Positions 17,987-26,689 of a stretch of DNA of 33,484 nt are shown here, in pieces. The translations under genes and the position numbers were made by a program. The notes beneath the pieces are model-generated. The model made no database searches. It saw only the letters and a list, made by a program, of their open reading frames with translations, and had not been told where the DNA came from. Location: NCBI GenBank assembly GCA_041287245.1, contig JBEULP010000113.1, positions 1 to 33,484 on the forward strand, written 5' to 3'. This DNA is from Infirmifilum sp. Its GTDB lineage: Archaea; Thermoproteota; Thermoprotei; Thermofilales; Thermofilaceae. The first letter of the stretch is position 1; each line of letters begins with the position of its first letter.

Positions 17987-18799
17987 CTAAAGAGGCAAGC
18001 TAACCTCTTTGACGTTGCCCTTTAGGTCTACACCCGAAACTCTCAGCTCGGATCCAGGGGGGCCGGGTCTAACCTTGACGTCCGAGACCCAGCGGAACTC
18101 CTTCTCAACAACCTCTAAAGCAGCTTCTAGGTATTGAGAGTTTATGCCTAGAACGGTAAGAGAGGTTTTTAGAGCCCCCACGATAAGGGGGAACAGCTCT
18201 CCCTTTTTAACACCTTTAAACCTGGCATCCCTGAGCTGAAGGTACACCTCCTTTGCACCAGCCATCCCCTTTGCTCCAAGGAAGTCTACTATTTCCCTAT
18301 CGGAGAGGAGAACTTGTGACTCACCAGCTGCTATGAACCGGCAGGCGCTTCTGAGAGACTTGAACGCGTAGTTGAGCGCCTGGCTGTACCTGCCTGAGAA
18401 GTAGTTTTCGAGGCTTAACCCTAGGCAGGCGAGAGAGTGGCTTCTAAGGTAATCCCGTGTGCGTTGGTTTAGAGGCGGTAGCTTGCTCATAACCTCACTT
18501 ACCCGCTCATCCGCATACAGGATTTTCCCGCCTCTAACAACCTCGTGCGCTATGAACTCCCCGCTCTCTATAAGTTGTCTCAAATCCTCTACCGTTAGAA
18601 ATAACGGGGAAACGTCTGGGCCGAGCTTCTCCATCAAAAAGGCTTTAGTCTCGACGGGGATTTTTTCCCGTACGATAACGGCAATGTTTAAGTCGCTCAA
18701 AGGAGAGTGATCCCCGGGGGAGGTGGAGGAGCCGTAAACTATAACTCCTAGGAGGTTGTCTCCCAACGCCTTGCTAATTACTGAGACCAGTGGTTCCAC
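17987..18799 (-). CDS. Minimal nucleotidyltransferase (MNT) domain fused to a HEPN-like domain
   Basis: LLGVIVYGSS...SDLNIAVIV (polymerase-beta-type G-S...DxD, with the second D replaced by N); GKILY; HEPN-like helices GRYSQALNYAFKSLRSA. Confidence 0.65.
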   Translation of the reverse strand: MEPLVSVISKALGDNLLGVIVYGSSTSPGDHSPLSDLNIAVIVREKIPVETKAFLMEKLGPDVSPLFLTVEDLRQLIESGEFIAHEVVRGGKILYADERVSEVMSKLPPLNQRTRDYLRSHSLACLGLSLENYFSGRYSQALNYAFKSLRSACRFIAAGESQVLLSDREIVDFLGAKGMAGAKEVYLQLRDARFKGVKKGELFPLIVGALKTSLTVLGINSQYLEAALEVVEKEFRWVSDVKVRPGPPGSELRVSGVDLKGNVKEVSLPL

Positions 18800-18888
18800 G
18801 ATCCCTCAACTCTAATTATGATTAAGTGTCTAAAAAGGTTAGCACATTTTTATTCCAGTGAGGAGTTATTTCGACGGTTGAAGGCAGA

Positions 18889-19287
18889 ATGGAGCCATGT
18901 GTCTTCTGCTCGATAGCCCGGGGGCGTACAGAGGCGTTCATAGTCTACAGGGACTCAGACTTTATATCCTTCTTGGACAAATACCCCCTTACCCTCGGAC
19001 ACACGCTGATAGCTCCCGTGGAGCACTACACTAACATTTTCGACATGCCCGAGGACAAGGTTTGCAGGGCCTTTACACTGGCGAGGAGGATAGCCGCTGC
19101 ACAGGTAAGGGGGTTAGGCGCTAGGGGCGTCAGAGTAGTTATGAACAACGGCCGCGAAGCGGGTCAGGAGATAATGCATGCCCACATACATTTAATCCCC
19201 TACGGGGTTCCACGTACAAACAGGGTTGAGATAAGCCGGGAGGAAGGTGAAGAGGTTGCGAGGAGGATACGCGAGGCCCTCGTCTAG
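18889..19287 (+). CDS. HIT family nucleotide hydrolase
   Basis: CVFC, GHTL, NNGREAGQEIMHAHIHLIP (histidine triad). Confidence 0.93.
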   Translation: MEPCVFCSIARGRTEAFIVYRDSDFISFLDKYPLTLGHTLIAPVEHYTNIFDMPEDKVCRAFTLARRIAAAQVRGLGARGVRVVMNNGREAGQEIMHAHIHLIPYGVPRTNRVEISREEGEEVARRIREALV

Positions 19288-19966
19288 CAGCTTATGCGCA
19301 CTCTTCTCAGGCGGTAAGGACAGCACATACGCTTTACACTGGGCAGTACTCAAGGGATTCACCGTTTCATGCACTGTGACAGTAAAGCCCAGTTCAAGCG
19401 AGTCGTACATGTTTCACGTCCCCTACGTCGACCTCACCAGGATCCAGTCCCAAGCGATGGGGATTCCGCATGTCTTCTACGAGCAGGGCGAAGAGGACGA
19501 CGTTGAGGCGCTACGGTCGGCCATTGGAAGAGCAGTGAAGCTCTACGGGTGTACCGGGCTGGTTACAGGCGCTCTAAGGTCTGATTACCAGAGGACGCGC
19601 GTGGCGCTCGTCGCAGACGAATACGGGTTAAGGGTCTACAACCCGCTCTGGTGGCGCGACCAGGAAAGCTACCTGAGGGAGCTTGTCAGAATAGGTTTCC
19701 GTTTTATCATCACGTCTATAAGCGTAAAGGGGCTGAGCCCACGCTTCCTCGGAAAAGAGATTGAAGCCACGGATGTAGAAGAAATCATTCAATCCTCAAG
19801 GATACACGGGTTCAACCCTGCATTTGAAGGCGGGGAGGCGGAAACACTCGTGATCGATGCCCCGCTCTACGTGAAACGCCTTCAAGTGGAGGGCGAGCCT
19901 CTAAGGCTGGAAGAGTTTAACTGGCGCTTCCTCATCAGGAAGTATGCCCTCGTAGATAAGAACTAA
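19247..19966 (+). CDS. dph6: Diphthine--ammonia ligase (PP-loop)
   Basis: LFSGGKDS, SYMFH, TGALRSDYQ, PLW, FEGGEAETLVIDAP. Confidence 0.88.
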   Translation: MKRLRGGYARPSSSSLCALFSGGKDSTYALHWAVLKGFTVSCTVTVKPSSSESYMFHVPYVDLTRIQSQAMGIPHVFYEQGEEDDVEALRSAIGRAVKLYGCTGLVTGALRSDYQRTRVALVADEYGLRVYNPLWWRDQESYLRELVRIGFRFIITSISVKGLSPRFLGKEIEATDVEEIIQSSRIHGFNPAFEGGEAETLVIDAPLYVKRLQVEGEPLRLEEFNWRFLIRKYALVDKN

Positions 19967-19993
19967 ATACTGTGTTCGTAACGGAGAATACAA

Positions 19994-21811
19994 ATGGTCG
20001 AACTGGTAGTTGAACCATACAATATCCGCGTAGAGGCAGATAGGGGAGAACGCGTATACGACGTGTTGAAACGGGCAGGTATCCCCTTCCGAACAGAATG
20101 CGGTGGCAGGGGCCTTTGTGGAAAGTGCAGGGTCATAGTTAAGGGCGGCGCCGTCTCTGCCGTAACGCCAACGGAGCTTAGACTGCTCTCGCAGGATGAG
20201 TTGGAGGCAGGGTACCGCCTCGCCTGCCAGACCTTTCTTGAGGGCTCGACGGCACTGCTTGTACCCCCGGAGTCTAGGAGCGGTGGTCTAGAGGTAGCTG
20301 CAAGTGGAGTTGCAAGATCGATGCCCTTTAAGCCTCTAGCTAAGAAGGTTTTCCTGAGGCTCCGACCCCCAAGCCTTGAAGCCCCCAGATCTGACGTTGA
20401 GGTGCTCCTGGAGGGGCTGGGCTACGGAAAGTTGAAAATAGAGTATAGCGCGCTGAAAAGTCTGGCTGCGAAGGCACGGGAGAGCAACTGGGAGGTAACG
20501 GCTACGATATGGCGTGGAGAGAGGATAGTGAACGTGGAAGCGGGGGACACCGCGAGGCATAACTATGGTGCTGCCGTGGACGTTGGTACAACAAAGATAG
20601 TGTTACACCTCGTTGACCTGGATAGGAATACCACTCTCACCAAGCTTTCAATAGAAAACCCCCAGACTATTTACGGCGACGACATAGTCTCCCGAATACA
20701 CGCTGCCTTACAGGATCCCAGGAGTCTAAGCGACATGCAGAAAATGACGGTCACGGCTATAAACAACCTGCTTAGAGCGGCTAGGGCAACAGCTGGTTTG
20801 GAGTGGGAGCACCTTACATCGGCCGTAGTAGTGGGGAACACTGTTATGCATCACGTTTTCCTAGGGCTAGACGTGAAAGGGCTAGGTTTCTCCCCTTACA
20901 TCCCGTCGGTTAGGGACTCCATGGAACTACCGGGGGGCCTACTAGGCTTGGAGGGGGTTGATTACGTTTATCTACCACCCAACATAGCCGGCTACGTCGG
21001 CGGAGACGCGGTAGCAGACATAATTGCTACGGGAATCCACTTGCTAGATAAACCTTCGCTTCTCGTAGACATTGGAACAAACACGGAGATCATTCTAAAC
21101 ACTGGGGAAAGGCTCCTCACCTGCTCAGCCCCCTCAGGACCGGCGTTCGAGGGCGGGCACATAAAACATGGAATGAAGGCGATGGTCGGAGCCATTAGAA
21201 AAGTCGTCGTTTCAGGAGTTGATAGGGTAGAATACGAGGTTATAGGAGGGGGGAAGCCCCTAGGCATAGCTGGCTCAGCCCTAATAGACGTAATCGCAGG
21301 CCTATTGGAAACAGGCGTTTTAACGCCGCGCGGCTTCTTTGACAAGAACATAGCCTCGTGGAGGATTTCCCGGTCTTCCTCGGGGGACGGTAGGGAATTT
21401 ATCCTCGTCAGGGCCGAGGAGAGTTTAACAGGTAAGGAGATAACAGTATCTGAGAAAGACGTAGGTGAGATAAGACTTGCAAAGGCGGCGATATACAGCG
21501 GGATAGCCGTACTGCTTGAACGCTCAGGTCTGAAGCCCGAGGATCTCGAGGAGGTTTTCATCGCGGGCTCCTTTGGCTACAACGTCGATGTTGTAAACGC
21601 AATGAGGATAGGGATGATTCCTAGGCTTGACCCGTCCAGGGTGAGGGCTGTCGGCAACACAGCTGTTGAGGGTGCAAGGCTCATGCTTACCTCGGAAAGC
21701 GCTGTGGAGGAGGCGGAAAGGGTAGCTAGGGAGGCTGAATACGTGGAGCTGACATTGGCCCCAGAGTTCAAGAGGATTTTTCCCCGCTCTCTAATGTTCC
21801 CCGAGGGGTGA
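19994..21811 (+). CDS. Reductive activator of corrinoid proteins (RACo; [2Fe-2S] plus ASKHA ATPase)
   Basis: CGGRGLCGKC...RLACQ ferredoxin; AVDVGTT, NPQ..YGDDIVSRI, GNTVMHH, GYVGGD, VDIGTNTE, GPAFEG, AGSFG, GNTA. Confidence 0.92.
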   Translation: MVELVVEPYNIRVEADRGERVYDVLKRAGIPFRTECGGRGLCGKCRVIVKGGAVSAVTPTELRLLSQDELEAGYRLACQTFLEGSTALLVPPESRSGGLEVAASGVARSMPFKPLAKKVFLRLRPPSLEAPRSDVEVLLEGLGYGKLKIEYSALKSLAAKARESNWEVTATIWRGERIVNVEAGDTARHNYGAAVDVGTTKIVLHLVDLDRNTTLTKLSIENPQTIYGDDIVSRIHAALQDPRSLSDMQKMTVTAINNLLRAARATAGLEWEHLTSAVVVGNTVMHHVFLGLDVKGLGFSPYIPSVRDSMELPGGLLGLEGVDYVYLPPNIAGYVGGDAVADIIATGIHLLDKPSLLVDIGTNTEIILNTGERLLTCSAPSGPAFEGGHIKHGMKAMVGAIRKVVVSGVDRVEYEVIGGGKPLGIAGSALIDVIAGLLETGVLTPRGFFDKNIASWRISRSSSGDGREFILVRAEESLTGKEITVSEKDVGEIRLAKAAIYSGIAVLLERSGLKPEDLEEVFIAGSFGYNVDVVNAMRIGMIPRLDPSRVRAVGNTAVEGARLMLTSESAVEEAERVAREAEYVELTLAPEFKRIFPRSLMFPEG

Positions 21812-21880
21812 TTGTAGCAATTACTCTTATGCATAAGCTAGTAAGGTTAAAATAATAATCGAAGCTACGGACTCGCCTAG

Positions 21881-22537
21881 GTGCTAGGATTGTCTGAAGG
21901 AGACGAGCTTGTACAAGCGATTGTAGATCTCGACGAGAACAAGGCGTTGAGGCTTGCCGATAAAATCATAGCTTCAAGCCCCGATCCCCTGAGCATCATG
22001 GAGTACCTCAGAGCCGCCGCCGACATCATAGGAAAGAAATACGAGGAGGGCGAGTTCTTTGTCGCCGACCTTGTCATGGCGGGGGAGATCCTTAAGGGGA
22101 TAAGCGAGAAGGTGAGAGCAGCCCTAAAACCCGGCGTTAAAGGTAATTTTGTAGGGCGCCTCGTCATAGGGACGGTTTACGGCGACATCCACGACATCGG
22201 TAAGAACATCGTGGTTAGCATGGCTGAGGCGGCTGGCTTCGAGGTGATCGACCTTGGAGTCGACGTCCCACCCCAGAGGTTTGTCGAGGCGATTAAAGAG
22301 CATAACCCCGACATCGTCGGGCTATCAGGTCTCTTGACTTTATCAATAGAGTCGATGAAGAGGACTGTCGACGCGATAAAAGAGGCAGGTCTCAGAGATA
22401 AGGTGAAGATAATCATAGGTGGGGGAAGGGTCGACGAGACAGCCTGCCGCTACGTGGGCGCGGACGCCTGGACCACCGATGCTGGGCGAGGGATTAAGAT
22501 AATGTTAGAGTGGGTAAAGCAAAAACAAGGGGGGTGA
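21881..22537 (+). CDS. Methyltransferase cognate corrinoid (B12-binding) protein
   Basis: N-terminal four-helix cap (GKKYEEGEFF..DL); GDIHDIGKNIV (DxHxxG), DLGVDV, GLSGLLT, IIGGG. Confidence 0.94.
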   Translation: MLGLSEGDELVQAIVDLDENKALRLADKIIASSPDPLSIMEYLRAAADIIGKKYEEGEFFVADLVMAGEILKGISEKVRAALKPGVKGNFVGRLVIGTVYGDIHDIGKNIVVSMAEAAGFEVIDLGVDVPPQRFVEAIKEHNPDIVGLSGLLTLSIESMKRTVDAIKEAGLRDKVKIIIGGGRVDETACRYVGADAWTTDAGRGIKIMLEWVKQKQGG

Positions 22538-22543
22538 GAAGCC

Positions 22544-23815
22544 TTGAGGGAGCCGCAGGAACTGCTTAAGGAGCGTAGGGAAAGAGTGGAAAAAGCTCTA
22601 ACCGGGGGAACACCGGATAGAGTCCCCTATACCGTTCTACCCGCGATAGATCTCCAGGCTGGTTATGCAGGGATGACTGTGGCGGAGCTGTGTTTCAACT
22701 GGGACAGTTGGGTAGCTAACGCGGCGAAGTGGGGGAGAGACTTTAACGTGGAGGGTATGGATCTACTCCCCTTCTTCCCCCCAGCCCTCGAGGGAATGAT
22801 TTTCGCCGTAGCCTGGGCAGATTACCCCGAGTGGATGGTTCCAACACGTTTTATAACGGGCCCCTTCCATGAAACACTAAAAGACAAGTGGACACGCTGG
22901 CCTGGAAGAGAGCTACCACAAGACTTCCACCCGCAGTTCATAGGCGGGATCTTCATGGAGCCTGAGGAGTACAGGAAGCTCGCCGAAGACCCGGTTGAGT
23001 TTATCACTGGAACCGTCTTTCCAAGAGCCATAGAGTCGCTACGAAAACCTCATTCCCCGGAGGCTGCCGCCGCCCTGATGCGGCTAGGCGTCGAGACAAA
23101 AAACTTCAATACTACGATGGCTCGTATCGGGGCTGAAGCCGCGAAGCTAGGCTTTCCATCCTTCTACATGGGGTACGGCTACGCCCCCCTGGACATTATA
23201 GGTGATTTCCTCAGGATGCCTACAGGGGTCATGCTCGACCTGCGGAGGCGTCCCGACGAGGTTCTCCAGGCGCTTGAAGCTCTGACGCCTCTGGTGAACA
23301 AGGCAATTAAGAACTCGACGATTCCACTCGAGCTATCCGAGAAGCTTTTCGGAACCAGGGTTGTCCAGGTTTTCTGGCCTCTACACCTGAATGAAATGCT
23401 CCCGCCCAAGCTCTTCGAGGAGTTCTACTGGCCCAGCCTGAAGGAAACTATTCTCTACGCTATCGAGCTTGGCTATGTCCCATGGATATTCTTCGAGGGC
23501 GACTTTACAAGATTTCTCAGCTATCTCCTCGAGCTCCCAAAGGGTAAGGTGTTCGCGTACTTCGAGAAAGCAGACCTTAGAAGAGCTCGGGAGGTCCTCG
23601 GGGATCACGTTGGCATAGGAGGGGGGATACCGGTCTCCTTGCTCATGCACGGCGAGCGTGAAAAAGTCTACGAGGAGTCATGTAGGCTTCTCAATGACCT
23701 GAAGGAGCCCGGGGGCTTCATCTTCTATGGCTCAGGGGTCTCCCCGGGAGCCGCCACGAAGATAGAGAACATATGGGCACAGATAGACGCAGTTAACAAG
23801 TGCGGCCGTTACTAG
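22544..23815 (+). CDS. Uroporphyrinogen-decarboxylase-fold corrinoid methyltransferase (O-demethylase MT1-like)
   Basis: ERVEKALTGGTPDRVP, FMEPEEY, APLDIIGDFLR, DLRRRP, PLH..MLPPKLFEEFYWPSLK, FFEGD, FEKADL, GGIP, GGFIF. It lies 6 nt downstream of the corrinoid protein gene with a GGGGTGA SD. Confidence 0.8.
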   Translation: MREPQELLKERRERVEKALTGGTPDRVPYTVLPAIDLQAGYAGMTVAELCFNWDSWVANAAKWGRDFNVEGMDLLPFFPPALEGMIFAVAWADYPEWMVPTRFITGPFHETLKDKWTRWPGRELPQDFHPQFIGGIFMEPEEYRKLAEDPVEFITGTVFPRAIESLRKPHSPEAAAALMRLGVETKNFNTTMARIGAEAAKLGFPSFYMGYGYAPLDIIGDFLRMPTGVMLDLRRRPDEVLQALEALTPLVNKAIKNSTIPLELSEKLFGTRVVQVFWPLHLNEMLPPKLFEEFYWPSLKETILYAIELGYVPWIFFEGDFTRFLSYLLELPKGKVFAYFEKADLRRAREVLGDHVGIGGGIPVSLLMHGEREKVYEESCRLLNDLKEPGGFIFYGSGVSPGAATKIENIWAQIDAVNKCGRY

Positions 23816-23901
23816 CTTTTAAACATGTTTTTCTCATAGAGCCGCAGAGAATTCAAGCGATACCTTTAAGGCTGGTGTTAGAGAACCCGACATAAGGGAA
23901 T

Positions 23902-25077
23902 TTGTCTATGGCGTACGTGTTCAAGGGGTGTTCATATGTTCTGTCCCCAAACGGGCTTCTCAGGGACGTCGACCTGAGCGTCGGCGAAGACGGTACGGTG
24001 CACCTAGGCGGAGAGCTCAAGGGGGAGGAGAAGATCGATTGCAGGGGATTGCTTGTAGCCCACGGCCTTGCAAACGCGCATACACATCTCTCTCACTACT
24101 CCGCGCCAGCCTCGGCGGCTTCAGGCTTGTCGTGGCGGAGCCATCACGTCGAGCTCCTCCCAGAGGAGTATGCAAGGAACATCGTCTTGTTGGCGCTGAT
24201 TAAAGCCCTTGAAACAGGCACGACTTTAATCGCCGATACCACACCTTACCCAGAGACTTTATCCCGGCTGGCACGTGAGGTCGGCATCAGGTACCTACCG
24301 GTTGTGAGGCTGGGCAGCAGCCACGTTGAAGTAGCCGCTTCCTACCTCATAGAGGATCTCGAGGCGCTAGAGGATGTGGCCGAGCATCCCGAACCTTTGA
24401 AAGAGGAGGGGCGCAGTCGTCTCTTCATTCATGTCGCTAACGACAGGGAGAGCGTTTTTCAGTTTCGAAGGAAAACAGGGAAATTCCCAATAGAATTTCT
24501 TTACAGCAAGGGTATACTAGGCCCCTGGGCTATTCTAGTGGCGCCCGGCTGGGTCACAAGCTGGGAGGCAGAGCTCATATCGCAGACAGGGGCGAAAGTC
24601 CTGTTGGCCCCGATAGCCAGCTTGAACCAAGCCCAAGGAGGCGTTCTACCCCACCTTATGCTTCAGGCGCGCGGGGTTCAGCCTGGTCTGTGCAGCGAAT
24701 CTCCAATGCTAGGCTTGAGCATAAACATGCTGGAACAGGCTCGGGCCTACTACCTCTACCAGAGGGGCTTCTTCGAATACAGCGACTTTACCATCGAGCA
24801 TGCCTACACAGCTGCTACGAGAGGCGGGTACTCTGCCCTAGAAGTTGAGGGTGGGGAGATCAGGGATGGGGCTAAGGCGGACCTGGTGTTCTTCGACTTG
24901 GATAGCGTGCCCCCAAAGGCTAGCCTGGGGGGGCTTGAACAGGTCTTCTTTAATTTAGATGAGGGTTCTGTGAAATACGTGGTTATAAATGGTAGGATGG
25001 TCTTCTCGCCTGAGAGGAGGGAGGAGCTACTCGATATTAAAACTAGTTTGAGGGAAAAGTTAATGGATATGCACTAA
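23902..25077 (+). CDS. Amidohydrolase-superfamily protein (MTA/SAH-deaminase/SsnA-like), catalytic residues diverged
   Basis: IDCRG...GLANAHTH, TGTTLIAD, FIHVA, ATRGG..AL, GEIRDGAKADLV, VKYVVINGR. Confidence 0.8.
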   Translation: MSMAYVFKGCSYVLSPNGLLRDVDLSVGEDGTVHLGGELKGEEKIDCRGLLVAHGLANAHTHLSHYSAPASAASGLSWRSHHVELLPEEYARNIVLLALIKALETGTTLIADTTPYPETLSRLAREVGIRYLPVVRLGSSHVEVAASYLIEDLEALEDVAEHPEPLKEEGRSRLFIHVANDRESVFQFRRKTGKFPIEFLYSKGILGPWAILVAPGWVTSWEAELISQTGAKVLLAPIASLNQAQGGVLPHLMLQARGVQPGLCSESPMLGLSINMLEQARAYYLYQRGFFEYSDFTIEHAYTAATRGGYSALEVEGGEIRDGAKADLVFFDLDSVPPKASLGGLEQVFFNLDEGSVKYVVINGRMVFSPERREELLDIKTSLREKLMDMH

Positions 25078-25084
25078 ACTAAAG

Positions 25085-25095
25085 TTTTTATAAAA
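25085..25095 (+). promoter_or_regulatory. TATA box of the ATP-cone gene (probably leaderless)
   Basis: TTTTTATAAAA about 20-30 nt upstream of ATG 25115. Confidence 0.55.
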
Positions 25096-25114
25096 GATTT
25101 GAAATGCTTATATC

Positions 25115-25678
25115 ATGGCTTCTAAAAAAGTCGTTAAGCGTAGCGGCAAGGTCGAGGATTTCAGTCAGGAAAAAATATATAACTCCTGTATAGCCGCAGG
25201 CGCCCCTCCTGAAGTAGCCCATGAGATAGCCAAGGAGGCCATGGAGAAGATTAGGGATGGGGCGTCTACACACGAGATCAGACGTTTTGTCCTGCTGCGC
25301 CTTAAAGAAATGGCACCCCAGGCCCACGAAGCATGGACTTTTTATGATAGGATAGTAAAGGGAAGAATAACCTTCGAAGACGGAAAAGCCGTGGAGGTGG
25401 ACAAGGGCCGTCTATACCTTGGTCGTGAGGTGAAGGACATAGGACCCCCTGGGCTCTCATCGGCAGAGGAGGTTAAGGGGATACTTAAGGAGCTCGAGGA
25501 AGACCTGGAGTTTGGGGTTTCAAAGGCAACCATAAACGCAAGGCTCTACGCGCTGTTCATGGGTGTGCTAAAGTCGTCAAAGATGCCAAAAGAGGAGAAG
25601 GAGAAATCAGTCCAGCTTATAAACGATTTCCGGGCCAAGCTAGGCTGGAAACCCTATGAGTTGAAAAAGCCTCTATAA
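25115..25678 (+). CDS. ATP-cone domain protein with an unrecognised C-terminal domain
   Basis: VVKRSGKVEDFSQEKIYNS...STHEIRRFVLLRL is an ATP-cone signature, followed by about 110 extra residues. Confidence 0.82.
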   Translation: MASKKVVKRSGKVEDFSQEKIYNSCIAAGAPPEVAHEIAKEAMEKIRDGASTHEIRRFVLLRLKEMAPQAHEAWTFYDRIVKGRITFEDGKAVEVDKGRLYLGREVKDIGPPGLSSAEEVKGILKELEEDLEFGVSKATINARLYALFMGVLKSSKMPKEEKEKSVQLINDFRAKLGWKPYELKKPL

Positions 25679-25773
25679 CCCTTTGGATCGAAAGCGGCAA
25701 AATTTTTCTCTTACAATTAAATAATCTTTACTGGAACCCTCCAAGTCGTGGGATTAAGGCTCCTGGCCTTGCC

Positions 25774-26679
25774 CTAGGAGGTGGAGGAGCCGGATTTACG
25801 TCGACCCCCCTTTAAAAGGAGGTGCGTCCCGTCACAGTGGACGCCCGGGGTGTGCAGGAATTGGAAGCCTTCGCGGCATGTGGCGAAGCTTAATCCTAGC
25901 TTCTCAGCTTCCCTCTTCACGAGACTCAGAACCTCAAGCCTATACTTTTTGTCCGCGTAAATATAGCCGTGTATCCTATCTCCCCCCTCTTCGTATAACT
26001 GCCTAATCCTCGGAGTCAGGTCAGGGAAGGCTTCTGCTAGGCGCCTGAGGTTGTCGGGTTTAACCTTGTAGGTCGAGCTAACCACGTGTCTGGCCCCGGC
26101 TGAAGACGCAGCCTCGAGGACTTCTCGGATGCTATCGGGGGTGTCGTTTAACGCAGGTATTAACGGGTCTAGTCTTACGACGAGGGGTATGCCGTGCTCA
26201 GCCAGCTTACCCATGGCTAGGATCCTCCGAGCCGGGCTGGGGGCATTTGGCTCTAAACGTCTGGCTAGGGACTCGTCCAGTGTGGTTATCGTCACTGAGA
26301 CCAGTGCTCTAAGCCTTGAGAGCAAATCTACATCGCGAACAACAAGGTCTGACTTTGTGACGATTTCAACGTAATGCTTATCTCCGATGAGCCTGAGCAG
26401 CCCGCGCGTATAGCCTAGCTCCGCCTCTAAGGGCTGGTATGGGTCGCTGCTGCTAGACACGTTGATTATAGAGTTTCTCGGGATTTTCTCGAGGTCTCTC
26501 CTAGCCCGCTCTAAGAAGTCCCTCTTGGGTCTGGGTGTAAAAAAGTCCTTGATGTATGAGGAGGCGTAACAGTAGAGGCACCCGTGAGAGCAGCCGGTGT
26601 AGGGGTTAACAGTATACTTGAATGGACATGTACACAGGCTGCCCTTACGCCAAGGGTCGAATGGCTTTATATAGCTCAT
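25774..26679 (-). CDS. Radical SAM protein, SplB/COG1533-like
   Basis: VNPYTGCSHGCLYCYA (CxxxCxxC), SDPYQPLE, TKSDLVVRD, LEPNAPSP..R, PLIPALND. Confidence 0.88.
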   Translation of the reverse strand: MSYIKPFDPWRKGSLCTCPFKYTVNPYTGCSHGCLYCYASSYIKDFFTPRPKRDFLERARRDLEKIPRNSIINVSSSSDPYQPLEAELGYTRGLLRLIGDKHYVEIVTKSDLVVRDVDLLSRLRALVSVTITTLDESLARRLEPNAPSPARRILAMGKLAEHGIPLVVRLDPLIPALNDTPDSIREVLEAASSAGARHVVSSTYKVKPDNLRRLAEAFPDLTPRIRQLYEEGGDRIHGYIYADKKYRLEVLSLVKREAEKLGLSFATCREGFQFLHTPGVHCDGTHLLLKGGRRKSGSSTS

Positions 26680-26689
26680 CCCTGAGGCT

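Noticed and set aside
22544..23815. Annotation as HemE (heme biosynthesis)
   Set aside because: It lacks the HemE RQAGR motif and is coupled to corrinoid and activator genes.
19994..23815. Evidence for methanogenesis or pyrrolysine read-through
   Set aside because: There are no mcr, mtr operon or mtmB/mttB genes in the window, and none of these ORFs contains an in-frame amber codon.
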